Translations under genes and position numbers: made by a program
Part shown: piece by piece, positions 9,174 to 17,765 of the stretch
How the letters are laid out: each line of letters starts with the position of its first letter
Position numbering within the stretch: the first letter of the stretch is position 1
The notes under the pieces: model-generated
Told to the model about the DNA's origin: nothing
Databases searched by the model: none
What the model saw: the letters and a program-made list of their open reading frames with translations, nothing else
Assembly: GCA_017475035.1 (NCBI GenBank)
Contig: JAFVGK010000121.1
Span: 13,015 to 77,014, forward strand
Direction of reading: 5' to 3'
From: Blautia sp.
GTDB lineage: Bacteria; Bacillota; Clostridia; Lachnospirales; Lachnospiraceae
DNA length: 64,000 bases

Positions 9174-9291
9174 ATTTATATCCTTACCTTGGGAAAGGTT
9201 TTTTCTTGCTTACTATATTTACTGCGCTTTTCTGAGAAGAAAACCCCATGACCTTCGGTATGACTGCCGCAGGTCATGAGGCTTGAAAATA

Positions 9292-10560
9292 TCAGCCGTT
9301 GATCAGTGCCAGGAGTCCGGTAATGAACGCGCGCATATTTCTTGCGGCGATGAAAACGAAGACTGCAATTACAAGCACAACCAGGATATTGAACCATGTT
9401 TTGTTTTTATATTCCTTCATGATGGAAGAATCGTTAGCCACGATCAGAAGGAGAATTCCCGTAATGGGAAGCAGCAGCGCGTTTGCCGCCTGCGCGAACA
9501 GGATGATCTGTGTCGGACTTGCGCCGAGTGTACAGGTGGCAAAGATACCGAAGGCAAGGACGATGATCCAGAAAACTTTGAAGCGGGCTTTTTTCATATC
9601 CTCGCCCCAGCCCAGAATACCGGAAGAGGCGAATGCCGCGGCAAGCGGAGCGGTCAGCGCGCTTGTGATACCTGCGGCAAAAAGACCGATGCCGAAGATG
9701 ACGGTTGCCCAGTTGCCGAGAAGAGGAGTCAGAGCCTTTGCCATATCTGCCCCTGATGAGATGCTTCCGCCTGTGGCATGGATGGTCGCGCCTGCACAAA
9801 CAATGATAGCCATGGAAATGATGCCGCCCAATCCGATGGAAATGATGGAGTCAAATCTGGAATTGGCTAAGGCGTCTGATTTATCCGGGGATTTGCCCCA
9901 TTTTGTTGACGCGGATGCGGCGTGCAGATAGATATTATAGGGAACGACAGTCGTGCCCATCAACGCGGCTACTGTCATCCAGTCTCCTCCGTCAGGTACC
10001 TTGAAGCCGAATAAGCCGGCAAGAACCGCACTCCAATCCGGATGCGCGGCAAATGCGCAGATCAGGAAAATGATCCCCATCAGAACAACCAAAGCCGTGA
10101 GAATATTTTCCACACTCTGGTAGCTTCCTGAAAAAAGCAGGAAAAACGCGATAACGCCGAGAACGATGGCGAGGATGATTTTCACGTTCGGAGTGTTGGC
10201 TGCAGGGATTGCGGCCTGGATACCAAGAATGGAACCTGTCAGGTTTCCGGTTTCATAAGCAATGTTTCCGACAAATACAGCTGCGATGACAAGAATAGAG
10301 ATCAGTACCCGTGCCGCGGTGCTGGTGAATTTTGTGCGGAGTGCTTCGCCAAGTCCCATGCCTGAAATGATGCCGAGACGTGCCGCCATGGACTGCATGA
10401 TCATAACGGAGATGACGGAAAGCAGCATTGCCCAGAGAAGCGTGTAGCCTGCCGAGGCCCCGGAAATGGAACAGGACGTTACGGTACCCGGACCGATAAA
10501 TGCAGCTGCAACTAATGCGCCGGGACCAACGTTTTTCAATCTTGTAAATAAGGTTTTCAT
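9292..10560 (-). CDS. NRAMP-superfamily (YcsG-like) permease of the pxp operon
   Basis: GPGALVAAAFIGPGTVT, GNIAYETGN, GTTVVPYNIYLHA; about 11 TM; AAGGAGG RBS. Confidence 0.85.
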   Translation of the reverse strand: MKTLFTRLKNVGPGALVAAAFIGPGTVTSCSISGASAGYTLLWAMLLSVISVMIMQSMAARLGIISGMGLGEALRTKFTSTAARVLISILVIAAVFVGNIAYETGNLTGSILGIQAAIPAANTPNVKIILAIVLGVIAFFLLFSGSYQSVENILTALVVLMGIIFLICAFAAHPDWSAVLAGLFGFKVPDGGDWMTVAALMGTTVVPYNIYLHAASASTKWGKSPDKSDALANSRFDSIISIGLGGIISMAIIVCAGATIHATGGSISSGADMAKALTPLLGNWATVIFGIGLFAAGITSALTAPLAAAFASSGILGWGEDMKKARFKVFWIIVLAFGIFATCTLGASPTQIILFAQAANALLLPITGILLLIVANDSSIMKEYKNKTWFNILVVLVIAVFVFIAARNMRAFITGLLALING

Positions 10561-10584
10561 ACTCTTGGTTCCTCCTTTAAAATT

Positions 10585-10625
10585 TAATACTGTATTAGTT
10601 TAACACATTAAAGAGGGAAAATCAA
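10585..10625 (-). promoter_or_regulatory. Putative sigma-A promoter of the pxp operon with a palindromic operator candidate at the start site
   Basis: Minus strand TTGATT-17 bp-TAAACT with TGTG extension (10625-10597). Perfect inverted repeat TAATAC-T-GTATTA at 10585-10597. Confidence 0.55.
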
Positions 10626-10627
10626 GC

Positions 10628-13600
10628 TTAAATATTATGGGAATTTTCATCTTCTGATTCTTCTGTATCTTCTGTATCTTCAGTAAAGTCTTCTTCCCTG
10701 TCACCATCATGGACGACAACCTGTGGGAACGGTATCTGTATTCCGTTTCGGTCAAACATCAGCTTGATTTCCCGCCGTAAAGCGCGTTTGGTTTTCAGAT
10801 AAAATTCGTTTTTGCAGCTCACCTCGAATTTCAGGATAATGGAAGAATCACCGAAATCTTCTATCCCGAGATAACGTGGGTCTCCGATTATGAAAGGTAC
10901 TTTTTCCCTGATATAGGCTTTTTCTTTTTCAAAGATGGATTCCAGCTCCAAAAGGTCCGTATCATATGCCACTCCGATCGTGATGGAGGCGAAAGAAGGG
11001 TATATGGAATAATTTACGACATTTTTAATGGTACTGTTATTGATGATTTTTACATCACTGCTGATCAGGTCCCGGATGGTTGTATTGCGGATCCCTACCT
11101 CTACGACCTGCCCGTGCCAGTCACCGACCGTGACCATGTCTCCGACTTTGAAGCTTCCCTCAAAAATGATGAAGAGACCGGCGAGGATATCCGCCACCAG
11201 ACTTTGCGCTCCCATGGAAAATACCAGTGTCAGAACCCCGGCGGACGCCAGGAGGGACGTGGTAGGTACTCCCAGCATGGTCAGGCAGTATAAAAGAGTG
11301 CCGAGGACAGCGATATATTTCATAAAGCTGCTGATCATTCTCAGCACTGTCTCCTGTCTGGAAGGCAGAAGTGTTCTTAACAGCGAGAGCAGATATAAAA
11401 CCATATAAGAAATTGTCAGAACAACACACATATAGATCAGGACCCTTGTAACCATAAATATGTGGGTACCCTTTGACCAGGGATGAATAAAAATATAATA
11501 TCCGATACTGTTGTCCTGAAAAATGATGCCGCCTGCTATTTCAAGAAAGGCAATCAAAGAGGCTGCCGCAAAAAGAGTCACATGCATAAGGAAAAATACC
11601 ATGTCTTCCTCTTCCGTTTTCTTATCCTTCCGCTTATCAAGCAGTGACATCAGCTGCTTCTTTTTCTGAAAAGCGGATGCGCCTTTATGGGAAATCAAGG
11701 ACAGGAAGACAATCACCTCCGCTAAAATCCCCGGAATGGAGCATAGCATTCCGTATTTCATTCCCTGAAAAGGAACTCTTTCAATCTTAGACACGATTAG
11801 TCCCAGATAATTCGTGGATGCACAGCAGCAGCCGAGAACCCTCTGATCCTTCAGGAGGAAGAATCCCGTAAAATCATCCTTCAGTTCATTTTCTGTCAGG
11901 CCGAGATCCTTTGCCGGAAGTCCGTTATATTCATCCGTAACGGAACTTACAATATAGGTCTGTGTATCTACGGCCAGGGCAATGGTTTGATTGGAATCAC
12001 AGAAGGTCGACAGAATGCTGTTCAGGGAAGCGGAGGCTGTCAGCTCGTCCCTGAAGGAAAGCGGCATGGCCAGTTGAACAAAACCACAATAACTGCCATC
12101 CTCTGCCGTTAAAGGAGCGCCGCTGAAGTAATAAGGATTTTTAAGAAAATTCGGATCAGGTGTGTTCTGAATCAGGATCTCTTCTCCCCGCAGCAGCCAT
12201 CTGAACTCAGCGGACGGCGCAGCCTGGACGGAAGATAAGGTAAGCCCGGTATAATTCGCGTCAGAGGCTGTCACAGTTCCTGAAGCATCATATACCAGGA
12301 TATGCGCCGCGCCTATCTGATCTGCAAGTTCCCTGAGCTGGTCTCTGGAACGGAAATCCTCTTCCTGGCTCAGAAGCAAAGCAGAAGTCTTCACGTAGGC
12401 TGTCATGGCCTTTTTATATAATTGATCTCCATATTCACTGTACTGTCCCGTTACTTTCAAAGTTTCCCGGAGAGCTTCATTCTGAGGAACGTTTCTTGAA
12501 GCCAGGGAAGAATACATATATAACGTTTTTATATAGACACCTGCAAAAGATGTCATGATAATACAAAGAAACAGAAGTACAATAAGATTTCCGGAATATT
12601 TCTTTTTTTGCTCTGAAGTATTGCTCCTTGCCTGTTTTCTGGGGATGTTCCGGATATCAAGCTCAGAATACAGCCGCATGAGAACGATCAGTACCAATAC
12701 AAGAAGAAGGGGAAGACTGCTGACAAAAATAATATCGGAAATAATGTCAGTGACCGGAATGACGCAGGCGACATAAATGTCATAAGCCTTAATGTTTTTA
12801 AACGTACAGTAATATCTTTGTGATTTGATTTTCAGGATTTTACTGCCTTCTTTTTTTATAACAGAAGGGTCAAAGGTAACCCGGTCAAAATAGCCGTTTT
12901 CCACATCATCAAGGAAATTATCGCACTCGCCTTCCGGGTTGATGCTGATGAAAAACCCCTTTTGCCCATAACCTACAGCATCCAGCAAAAAAGAAATATT
13001 ATTTCTGGCAGTCATGGACAAATAAAAATCTTTTTCGTCACCCTGAATGACCAGTATCCTCGTTGGGTCCAGATAGGCCGCATTAAAGTTTTGAGCCAGA
13101 GAACCCCACTGCGCCATAGTTTCCGCGAAAATATCCGGTGCATCCTCTTCAGACTGAGAATTGTCATCCTCCCATTCAGATTGGTCTTCGTCCCATCCTG
13201 ACTCGTCATTTGCCTCTGACTCATCCTGATCTGTAATTTCAATTTCCTCATCATCCGGATCCATGTCTAAAAAAACCAGTTCGCTGACCGGGTTTTTTCG
13301 TGAAACAGTAAAAAGAGGATCAAAACACTCATCCTGGAAAAGAAATGGATCTGCATATATGTTGCATGACAGAATACGCCCCTCCCTGTCGGTTACATAT
13401 ACTCCGTTTACCTCGAGGGCATCGGCTAAAGCCTGAAGGGTTTTTCTGGAATAACCCTGATCAGGCTGATTGTGGAGATAGTATGCGCCGAGCTGCGTGC
13501 ATGAGATCAGAATATTATCATTATACGCCCAGTCCTCATTTTGTGAAGTCATGACGGCTTCATAAGCATTTGCCAGGTTGTTTAAGCTGTTCTGAATGTC

Positions 13601-13711
13601 TTTTTTCTTCCAGGACAGGATAAAAAGACCGTCAGCAGTCAGAATCAAGAGTAAGATAACGGAAAAAAGAATAAAATTTAAAAGCGAGAAACCAAAAGTC
13701 CGTTTTTTCAT
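10628..13711 (-). CDS. MscS-family mechanosensitive channel with two large extracytoplasmic Cache/PAS-like domains
   Basis: C-terminal MscS core (LASAGVLTLVFSMGAQSLVADILAGLFIIFEGSFKVGDMV...GQVVEVGIRNT...IQIPFPQ). Two TM-flanked ~260-290 aa domains with Cache-like strands (VYVTDREGRIL; ILVYDASGTVTAS). Confidence 0.85.
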   Translation of the reverse strand: MKKRTFGFSLLNFILFSVILLLILTADGLFILSWKKKDIQNSLNNLANAYEAVMTSQNEDWAYNDNILISCTQLGAYYLHNQPDQGYSRKTLQALADALEVNGVYVTDREGRILSCNIYADPFLFQDECFDPLFTVSRKNPVSELVFLDMDPDDEEIEITDQDESEANDESGWDEDQSEWEDDNSQSEEDAPDIFAETMAQWGSLAQNFNAAYLDPTRILVIQGDEKDFYLSMTARNNISFLLDAVGYGQKGFFISINPEGECDNFLDDVENGYFDRVTFDPSVIKKEGSKILKIKSQRYYCTFKNIKAYDIYVACVIPVTDIISDIIFVSSLPLLLVLVLIVLMRLYSELDIRNIPRKQARSNTSEQKKKYSGNLIVLLFLCIIMTSFAGVYIKTLYMYSSLASRNVPQNEALRETLKVTGQYSEYGDQLYKKAMTAYVKTSALLLSQEEDFRSRDQLRELADQIGAAHILVYDASGTVTASDANYTGLTLSSVQAAPSAEFRWLLRGEEILIQNTPDPNFLKNPYYFSGAPLTAEDGSYCGFVQLAMPLSFRDELTASASLNSILSTFCDSNQTIALAVDTQTYIVSSVTDEYNGLPAKDLGLTENELKDDFTGFFLLKDQRVLGCCCASTNYLGLIVSKIERVPFQGMKYGMLCSIPGILAEVIVFLSLISHKGASAFQKKKQLMSLLDKRKDKKTEEEDMVFFLMHVTLFAAASLIAFLEIAGGIIFQDNSIGYYIFIHPWSKGTHIFMVTRVLIYMCVVLTISYMVLYLLSLLRTLLPSRQETVLRMISSFMKYIAVLGTLLYCLTMLGVPTTSLLASAGVLTLVFSMGAQSLVADILAGLFIIFEGSFKVGDMVTVGDWHGQVVEVGIRNTTIRDLISSDVKIINNSTIKNVVNYSIYPSFASITIGVAYDTDLLELESIFEKEKAYIREKVPFIIGDPRYLGIEDFGDSSIILKFEVSCKNEFYLKTKRALRREIKLMFDRNGIQIPFPQVVVHDGDREEDFTEDTEDTEESEDENSHNI

Positions 13712-13720
13712 TTAAATCAT

Positions 13721-13811
13721 TCTCCCATAACGAAGGCTTGTATGTTGGCGCAGTGTTTTCCGGGTGACGATTCTGTTTTCTTCTTTTCATGCCGAGAACA
13801 AAACCAGTCTC
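13721..13811 (-). repeat. Family B repeat, supplies the RBS of the mscS-like gene
   Basis: Reverse complement GAGACTGGTTTTGTTCTCGGCA...CAGAATCGTCACCCGGAAAACACTGCGCCAACATACAAGCCTTCGTTATGGGAGA, then 9 nt to the ATG. Confidence 0.75.
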
Positions 13812-14020
13812 TGTGATTATTTTTACAATTATGAGAAAAGTATAACACAGACCATTTTTATTTTGTATAAAAACTTCGCGGAAGCATTTCTTCTGACAGC
13901 CTGAATAAAACCTGTGCGCTCACTTGATACGCAGGAGGCGATATGATAAAATAATTTTCGAATATCTGAAAGTGTTATTCCTGTGTGTCGCTGGGATCAT
14001 AAATTATTGGGGGGGATTTC

Positions 14021-15631
14021 ATGATGAAAATGAATGGAAAAAGCTGTTTTGCGATTGCTGCTTCTTTATCTTTACTCGCTCTGGGCGTGCCGGTTTCTTC
14101 CGTATCGGCTGAGGAGCCGGAGGAAGGCCTTCTTCGTACAGCCATCCTTTATGATATGACAACTATGGATGTGACGAAGACAACGGACGACTACAATGTT
14201 CCGATGAATATTTTTGACCGTCTGTTTGAGACGCGGATGGTGGATGACAGGGCAGAGGTAGTCAACAGCCTCTGCACGGATTACCAGGTTTCCGAAGATG
14301 GTCTGACCTATGACTTTACGTTAAGGGACGGCGTTGTCTTTTCGAACGGCAGCGCATTGACGGCGTCGGATGTGCAGTACAGTTTTGAGAGATTGCTTAA
14401 GGCTGCCGGCGCCAACACGGATATCCCTCTGGAAATCGAAGGCGGAGAAGCTGTTATGAAGGGGGAGGCGGATACACTGGAAGGCTTTACGGTAATGGAT
14501 GATACTCATTTTACCGTAACGCTCATGGCTCCGAACGCGGGTTTTATTGCAGAGCTTTCCGCGCCGGCTATGTCTGTCGTGGATGCCGAAACCATGGCGG
14601 AGGTTAAAAATTTCGGCAGTGAGCCGGCGGATACCATCGGAACCGGCCCTTATATGATTACAGAATGGGTGGTAAATGATCATTACACCCTGGAATACAA
14701 TCCGGAATACTGGGGAGAAGAGCCATCCGTGAAAAAAGTGGTTGTCAGTGTCATCAAGGATGCCGCGAACCAGGATCTCCTTTTCCAGAATGGGGAATTG
14801 GATATCATGGATCTTCAGTCACTGGATAATTCCATCGTGGAATCTTTCTACAAGACTGTTTACGCAGACAATATCGTCTCAACTCCAAAGGTCGGCATGA
14901 CGTTTATGGTGTTGAACGAAAACAATGAGTATCTCAAGGACAACAGCGTACGCAAAGCGATCAGGATGGCTGTTGATACGGAGGCGATCATCAGCGGCAT
15001 CTACAGCGGAAATGCCGTCAGAGAAAACGGGATCATCCCGACAGGAATCTGGGGCCACAATGAGTCGCTGGAAGGTGTTTCATATGATCCGGAAGGAGCA
15101 AGGCAGCTTCTGCAGGATGCTGGCTATGCAGAGGGCCAGATCGGTTTTGAGATGTCGATGGATTCGGCGGCAGACAGCAACATCCAGCTGGTTTACCAGG
15201 TGATCAGCGAGATGCTCAAGACTGTCGGCATCAAGGCTGAAATCAAGACCTATGAGCATTCCGCATGGCTGGATTATCGTCTTTCCGGAGAGATGGATTC
15301 TTTTATTGGCCGTTGGGGAATGGATTATAATGACCCGGCGAATATTATGTTCACCTTCTTTGGAAATCCGGAGAAGACATCTGAGCGAAGCCTGAACTAT
15401 CCGGATACGGAAGTCATGGCCAGGGTGGCTGCTGCCTCTTCCATTGTCGACAATACGGAACGCGAGGCGGAATATCAGGCTCTGGAACAGAGGATTATCG
15501 GAGAGGACAATGCGTGGGTGCCTCTTTTTGAAGACCTTCATCTGTACTGCCTGGGCAGCCGTGTGGAAAGCTTTACGCCTCACTGGGCAGGATTTTCGGA
15601 CTTCTATGCGATTGATGTTGTATTAAGGTAA
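14021..15631 (+). CDS. ABC transporter substrate-binding protein, family 5 (OppA/DppA-like)
   Basis: SEDGLTYDFTLRDGVVFSNGSALTASDV, IGTGPY, NPEYWG, VRKAI; N-terminal signal peptide. Confidence 0.92.
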   Translation: MMKMNGKSCFAIAASLSLLALGVPVSSVSAEEPEEGLLRTAILYDMTTMDVTKTTDDYNVPMNIFDRLFETRMVDDRAEVVNSLCTDYQVSEDGLTYDFTLRDGVVFSNGSALTASDVQYSFERLLKAAGANTDIPLEIEGGEAVMKGEADTLEGFTVMDDTHFTVTLMAPNAGFIAELSAPAMSVVDAETMAEVKNFGSEPADTIGTGPYMITEWVVNDHYTLEYNPEYWGEEPSVKKVVVSVIKDAANQDLLFQNGELDIMDLQSLDNSIVESFYKTVYADNIVSTPKVGMTFMVLNENNEYLKDNSVRKAIRMAVDTEAIISGIYSGNAVRENGIIPTGIWGHNESLEGVSYDPEGARQLLQDAGYAEGQIGFEMSMDSAADSNIQLVYQVISEMLKTVGIKAEIKTYEHSAWLDYRLSGEMDSFIGRWGMDYNDPANIMFTFFGNPEKTSERSLNYPDTEVMARVAAASSIVDNTEREAEYQALEQRIIGEDNAWVPLFEDLHLYCLGSRVESFTPHWAGFSDFYAIDVVLR

Positions 15632-15636
15632 AGGTT

Positions 15637-16656
15637 ATGAAACCGGTTAAAATACTGCTAAGACTGCTGCAGGCCTTTTTTGTGCTGGCAGGTGTAGCGC
15701 TGCTGATCTTTGTGATGCTGCGGATCATACCCGGTGATCCCGTTACGACGATGATGGGGGAGCATGCGGATCGTGCAGCGATCGCAAGGATGACGGCAGA
15801 GCTTGGCCTGGATCAGCCGATCTATAAACAATTCATCCGATACATTTCCGGTGCGCTGAGAGGGGATTTCGGAACCAGTATGTCCCTGAACAAGCCTGTT
15901 TCATCTTTGATGGCGGCAGCTTTTGGCAATACATTGAAGCTGGCGGTTTTTTCGGCGCTTTTCGCATGGGTTTTGGGGATCTTCTGCGGTATCATAGCTG
16001 CGGTGCGGAAAAACGGACTTCTGGATCATCTGTTCATGGGCGTGTCCCTTATGGGGGTCTGCATGCCGGTGTTTATGACGGCCATGCTTCTGCAGTACAT
16101 ATTTGGATTTTATCTGCATTGGCTTCCGATTACCGGGATCAAAAGCTGGCAGGGTTTTATTCTGCCTTCTGTGGCCCTGGGATGGAATTCAGCGGGCAAT
16201 ATTGCCAGACTGGTCAGATCGTCGCTTCTGGAAATTCTGCAGGAGGATTATATCGATACCGCCAGATCCAAGGGACGAGGGCAGACCGGAATCCTGGTGG
16301 TTCATGCCCTGAGAAACGCGATGATCCCCGTGATTACCATGATGGCGCTGCAGTTTTCCGGTCTTCTTTCCGGGGCTGTTATTACGGAAACGGTTTTTTC
16401 CATTAACGGGATCGGACGGTTAGCCGTTCAGGCCATCACCGGGCGTGATATCCCTCTGCTTCAGGGGACGGTTCTGTTCTCGACTCTCGTTGTGATACTC
16501 GGCAATCTTCTGGCCGATTGCCTTTATTCGGTATTGGATCCCAGGATACGGAAGGAGACTGATTTTGTCTTCGGCAGTTCAGCTGCCGAAGGAGCAAAAC
16601 CGTCATCCGAAGACATTGAGCCAACGGATCAATCTTCGTTACGGGAGGAGGGCTGA
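15637..16656 (+). CDS. Peptide/nickel ABC permease (OppB/DppB-like); last ~33 aa encoded by a family B repeat
   Basis: IPGDP, GLDQP, DYIDTARSKG (EAA loop), HALRNA, ETVF, LDPRIR. Confidence 0.92.
   Translation: MKPVKILLRLLQAFFVLAGVALLIFVMLRIIPGDPVTTMMGEHADRAAIARMTAELGLDQPIYKQFIRYISGALRGDFGTSMSLNKPVSSLMAAAFGNTLKLAVFSALFAWVLGIFCGIIAAVRKNGLLDHLFMGVSLMGVCMPVFMTAMLLQYIFGFYLHWLPITGIKSWQGFILPSVALGWNSAGNIARLVRSSLLEILQEDYIDTARSKGRGQTGILVVHALRNAMIPVITMMALQFSGLLSGAVITETVFSINGIGRLAVQAITGRDIPLLQGTVLFSTLVVILGNLLADCLYSVLDPRIRKETDFVFGSSAAEGAKPSSEDIEPTDQSSLREEG
16555..16651 (+). repeat. Family B repeat translated as the OppB C-terminus and supplying the oppC RBS
   Basis: GAGACTGATTTTGTCTTCGGCAG-TTCAG-CTGCCGAAGGAGCAAAACCGTCATCCGAAGACATTGAG...CTTCGTTACGGGAGGAGG. 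Confidence 0.9.
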
Positions 16657-16659
16657 CAG

Positions 16660-17574
16660 ATGTCACAAAATGATCAAAACAGATTTTCTGACATACATGA
16701 TGCCGGCCTGAACAGTCAGATCGGAGAAGAGGAGAAATGGAGCGACACCTTGCGCCGCCTTGCGCATGAAAACAGACTGGCAGTCTTTTCAGCGGTCATA
16801 ATTCTGCTTTTTATTCTCGGAGCCGTCCTGGCTCCCCGTCTGACGCCTTACAGCTACAGCGAAATGGATCTGCTGCACAGGCTTTCTCCGCCTTCACGGA
16901 CCCATCTGTTCGGAACGGATGAAGGCGGGAGAGATATCCTCACCCGCATGCTGTACGGATCGCGAATCTCCCTTCTGATCGGCGTGGTTCCGACTCTTTT
17001 GAGCATGCTGCTGGGGTCTTTTCTGGGAATTGTCTCAGGCTTTCTTGGCGGCAGGATTGACACGCTGATTATGCGGATTGCGGATATTGTGCTGGCCCTT
17101 CCTTCCATGCTGCTGGCAATGCTGATGATGTATATGCTGGGTGACGGACTGATCAATGTTTTTCTTACGCTTACCCTGGTAAACTGGGCAAGTGTGGCAA
17201 GGGTCATCCGTTCGGAAACCATTCAGCTGAAGCAGAACGAATATGTGGAGGCTGCCCGGGCGATCGGTGTCCCCGGATTTATGATTATGCTGCGGCATAT
17301 CCTCCCGAACTGTCTGCCCACCTTTATTGTTCTGTTTACATTAAATGTGCCTTCTTCGATTCTGACAGAGAGCAGTCTGAGCTTTTTGGGACTGGGCATC
17401 CAGCCTCCCGGCGCTTCCTGGGGGTTGATGATCAATGCGGGAAGACAGTACCTGTATAATGCTCCCTGGCTGAGTTTTATTCCCGGAGCGGCAATTATGC
17501 TGATAGTACTGGCGTTTAACTTTTTGGGCGACGGTCTGCGGGATGTGCTGGATCCGCACCAGAAGAACCAGTAG
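16660..17574 (+). CDS. Peptide/nickel ABC permease (OppC/DppC-like)
   Basis: HLFGTDEGGRDI, EYVEAARAIG, RHILPN, LSFLGLG, NFLGDGLRDVLDP. Confidence 0.92.
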   Translation: MSQNDQNRFSDIHDAGLNSQIGEEEKWSDTLRRLAHENRLAVFSAVIILLFILGAVLAPRLTPYSYSEMDLLHRLSPPSRTHLFGTDEGGRDILTRMLYGSRISLLIGVVPTLLSMLLGSFLGIVSGFLGGRIDTLIMRIADIVLALPSMLLAMLMMYMLGDGLINVFLTLTLVNWASVARVIRSETIQLKQNEYVEAARAIGVPGFMIMLRHILPNCLPTFIVLFTLNVPSSILTESSLSFLGLGIQPPGASWGLMINAGRQYLYNAPWLSFIPGAAIMLIVLAFNFLGDGLRDVLDPHQKNQ

Positions 17575-17758
17575 AGAACTGGTTTTTGTCCAATTGACAG
17601 AGCAGAAGAATCGTCATCCGAAGACCTTGAGTCAACTACAAAACTTCGTTATGGAAGGAGACATATTTTGCCCGCGGCCGTGCTTTTTGCAGGTGTGGCT
17701 GCAAAATAGTCATCCGTGGCCATTGAGTCAGCGTACAAAACTTCGTATCAGGAGGAGG
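17575..17758 (+). repeat. Two tandem family B repeats between oppC and oppD; the second supplies the RBS
   Basis: AATCGTCATCCGAAGACCTTGAGTCAACTACAAAACTTCGTTATGGAAGGAG (17575-17660) and AATAGTCATCCGTGGCCATTGAGTCAGCGTACAAAACTTCGTATCAGGAGGAGG (17661-17758). Confidence 0.85.
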
Positions 17759-17765
17759 CGCGGTG

